DNA of 64,000 bases from Somniosus microcephalus (taxonomy: Eukaryota), in the NCBI GenBank assembly GCA_052327205.1, contig CM126202.1, positions 77,810,001 to 77,874,000 of the forward strand, written 5' to 3'. The position numbers and the translations under genes were made by a program. Numbering within the stretch: the first letter of the stretch is position 1; every line of letters starts with the position of its first letter. Below the pieces are notes generated by a model, which was not told the origin of the DNA, searched no databases, and was given only the letters and a program-made list of their open reading frames with translations. Shown piece by piece: positions 62,321 to 64,000 of this stretch.

Positions 62321-62449
62321 AATTACCCAAATAGGCTCAAAGAGCTACGACTCTACTTTAGAGAAGCATACACTTGGAGGTGAATTTATTCAGGTTTATA
62401 GGGCCATGAAGGGATTAGATTGCGTTTGTGTAGGCAAACTGTGGGAGAT

Positions 62450-63860
62450 GGTTTAAACTAATTTGGAAGGGGTGTGGTTGGCAGGGCGATGGGCACCAGG
62501 ATGAAACATTAAAGGAGGAGAAACAAGGTGCACAGAGGACTGGGAGAGACAAGTAATACTAGAGTAAAGAATAGTTCAGAAATAATAAGGATCAGACAGG
62601 GGCAAATGCGAGGCAGTCTAAGATGGGTTTGGAGTGCATGTGCGTAAATGCACGTAGCATGGTAAAAAAAAGTTGGTGAGCTGCAGGCACAAGTTACCAC
62701 ATGGGACTATGATATAGTGGCAATAACAGAGACCTGACTCAAAGAAGAGGAGGATTGAGAACTTAATATTCCTAGCTACAAGGTATTCAGAAGATAGGGC
62801 AGGGAAAAAAAAAGGGGTTGGCAGTATTGATCAAATAAACTATTATAGCACTGTATGATGCAGTAACGGAGAGGGTTGATAAGGGTATTACGGATGATGC
62901 TGTGCATATAGACTTTCAAAAGGCATTTGACAAAGTACCACATAATAGACTTGTTAGCAAAATTGAAGCCCATGGGATTAAAGAGGCAGTGACAGCATGA
63001 ATACGAAATTGGTTAAAAGACAGAAATCCAAGAGTAGTGGTGAACCGTTGTTTTTCCAGACTGGAAGGAAGTATATAGTTGTGTTCCTCAGGGGTCGGTA
63101 TTAGGACCGCTGCTCTTTTTGATGTATATTGGGTATACACAGCATAATTTCAAAATTTGCTGATGCCACAAAACTCGTTAGGAGGATAGTAGCAGGGTAA
63201 CAGATAAGTTGAGAAGGCTGTTAAACAGCATATGAAATCCTTGGCTTTAATAGAGGAAGAGTGTACAAAAGCAAGGAAGTTATGCTAAACCTTTATAAAT
63301 CACTGGTTAGGTCCCAGGTGGAGTATTGTGTCCAATTCTAGGCACCACACATTAGGAAGAATGTCAAAGCTTTGGAGAGGCTGCCAGAGAGATTTACTAG
63401 AATGGTACCACGGATGAAGGACTTGAGTTATGTGGAGAGATTAGAGAAGCTGGGTTTGTTCTCCTTAGAGCAGAGGCGGTTAGGGGAGGCTTAAAAGAGG
63501 CATTAAAAATTATGAAGGGTTTTGATCAGAGTAAATAAGGAGAAACGGTTTCCACTACAAGGAGGATCGGTAACTAGAGGACACAGATTTAAGATAATCG
63601 GCAAAGGAGCCAGAGGTGAGATGAGAATTTAAAAAAAAAAATGTTTTAAACACAGTGAGTTATGGCCTGAATTGTACTGTCTGAAAGTGTGGTGGAAGCA
63701 GATTCAACAGTAACTTTAAAAGAGAATTGAATAAATACTTGAAGGGGGAGAACATTGCAGGGCTTTGAGGAAAGAGCATTGCAGGGCTTTGAGGAAAGAG
63801 CAGAGAAGAACCACCAGCACAGCACCATGGACTGAATAGCCTCCTTCTGTGCTGTGGGAT
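62450..63860 (+). mobile_element. Decayed, internally deleted CR1
   Basis: aatgcacgtagc (NARS), DIVAITET and DFQKAFDKVPH remnants, plus a 3' tail. Confidence 0.8.
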
Positions 63861-64000
63861 TCTAAGATACTATCTTAGGAGAAATGGAGCGCGGTGTCGA
63901 GCCATACGCAGGTTGTCCAAACGAATGTTAATAATTCTAGTTAAGACCTAACCTGATTCACCACTTAGCTGAGCCACTGTCACTAGGCTGACGTCGGAAG

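Noticed and set aside
47133-64000. Expected upstream KCMF1 exons (ZZ domain, FTCPYC finger)
   Set aside because: I did not find them by eye; they presumably lie beyond the right edge of the window.

Overview
Eukaryotic vertebrate DNA, most likely a cartilaginous fish (inferred from Deu-domain SacSINE1-type SINEs and abundant CR1-group LINEs). The only host gene is KCMF1 (E3 ubiquitin ligase) on the minus strand. Its last four coding exons lie at 47132-47031, 35945-35771, 24446-24164 and 10565-10304, and I found no upstream exons in the window. The 11-kb intron between the first two of these exons is a U12-type AT-AC intron. The rest is mostly nested mobile DNA: many CR1 fragments, a second poly(A)-tailed LINE family whose copies are all on the minus strand, L2 and RTE remnants, DeuSINEs and the LTR/PBS end of a tRNA-Ser-primed LTR element at the left edge. 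There is also a young full-length Gypsy element (15600-20884) with an apparently self-complementary PBS, a YLDN RT motif and a 55-bp triplication at the gag/pol junction. At least three pogo/Tigger-like MITE families (TA TSD, some with minisatellite interiors), a hAT MITE and Penelope-derived hairpins carrying a minimal hammerhead motif complete the picture. There is no CRISPR array or prokaryotic operon, and most ORFs in the supplied track are TE fragments or spurious. All family names come from motif recognition by eye, not from database searches.
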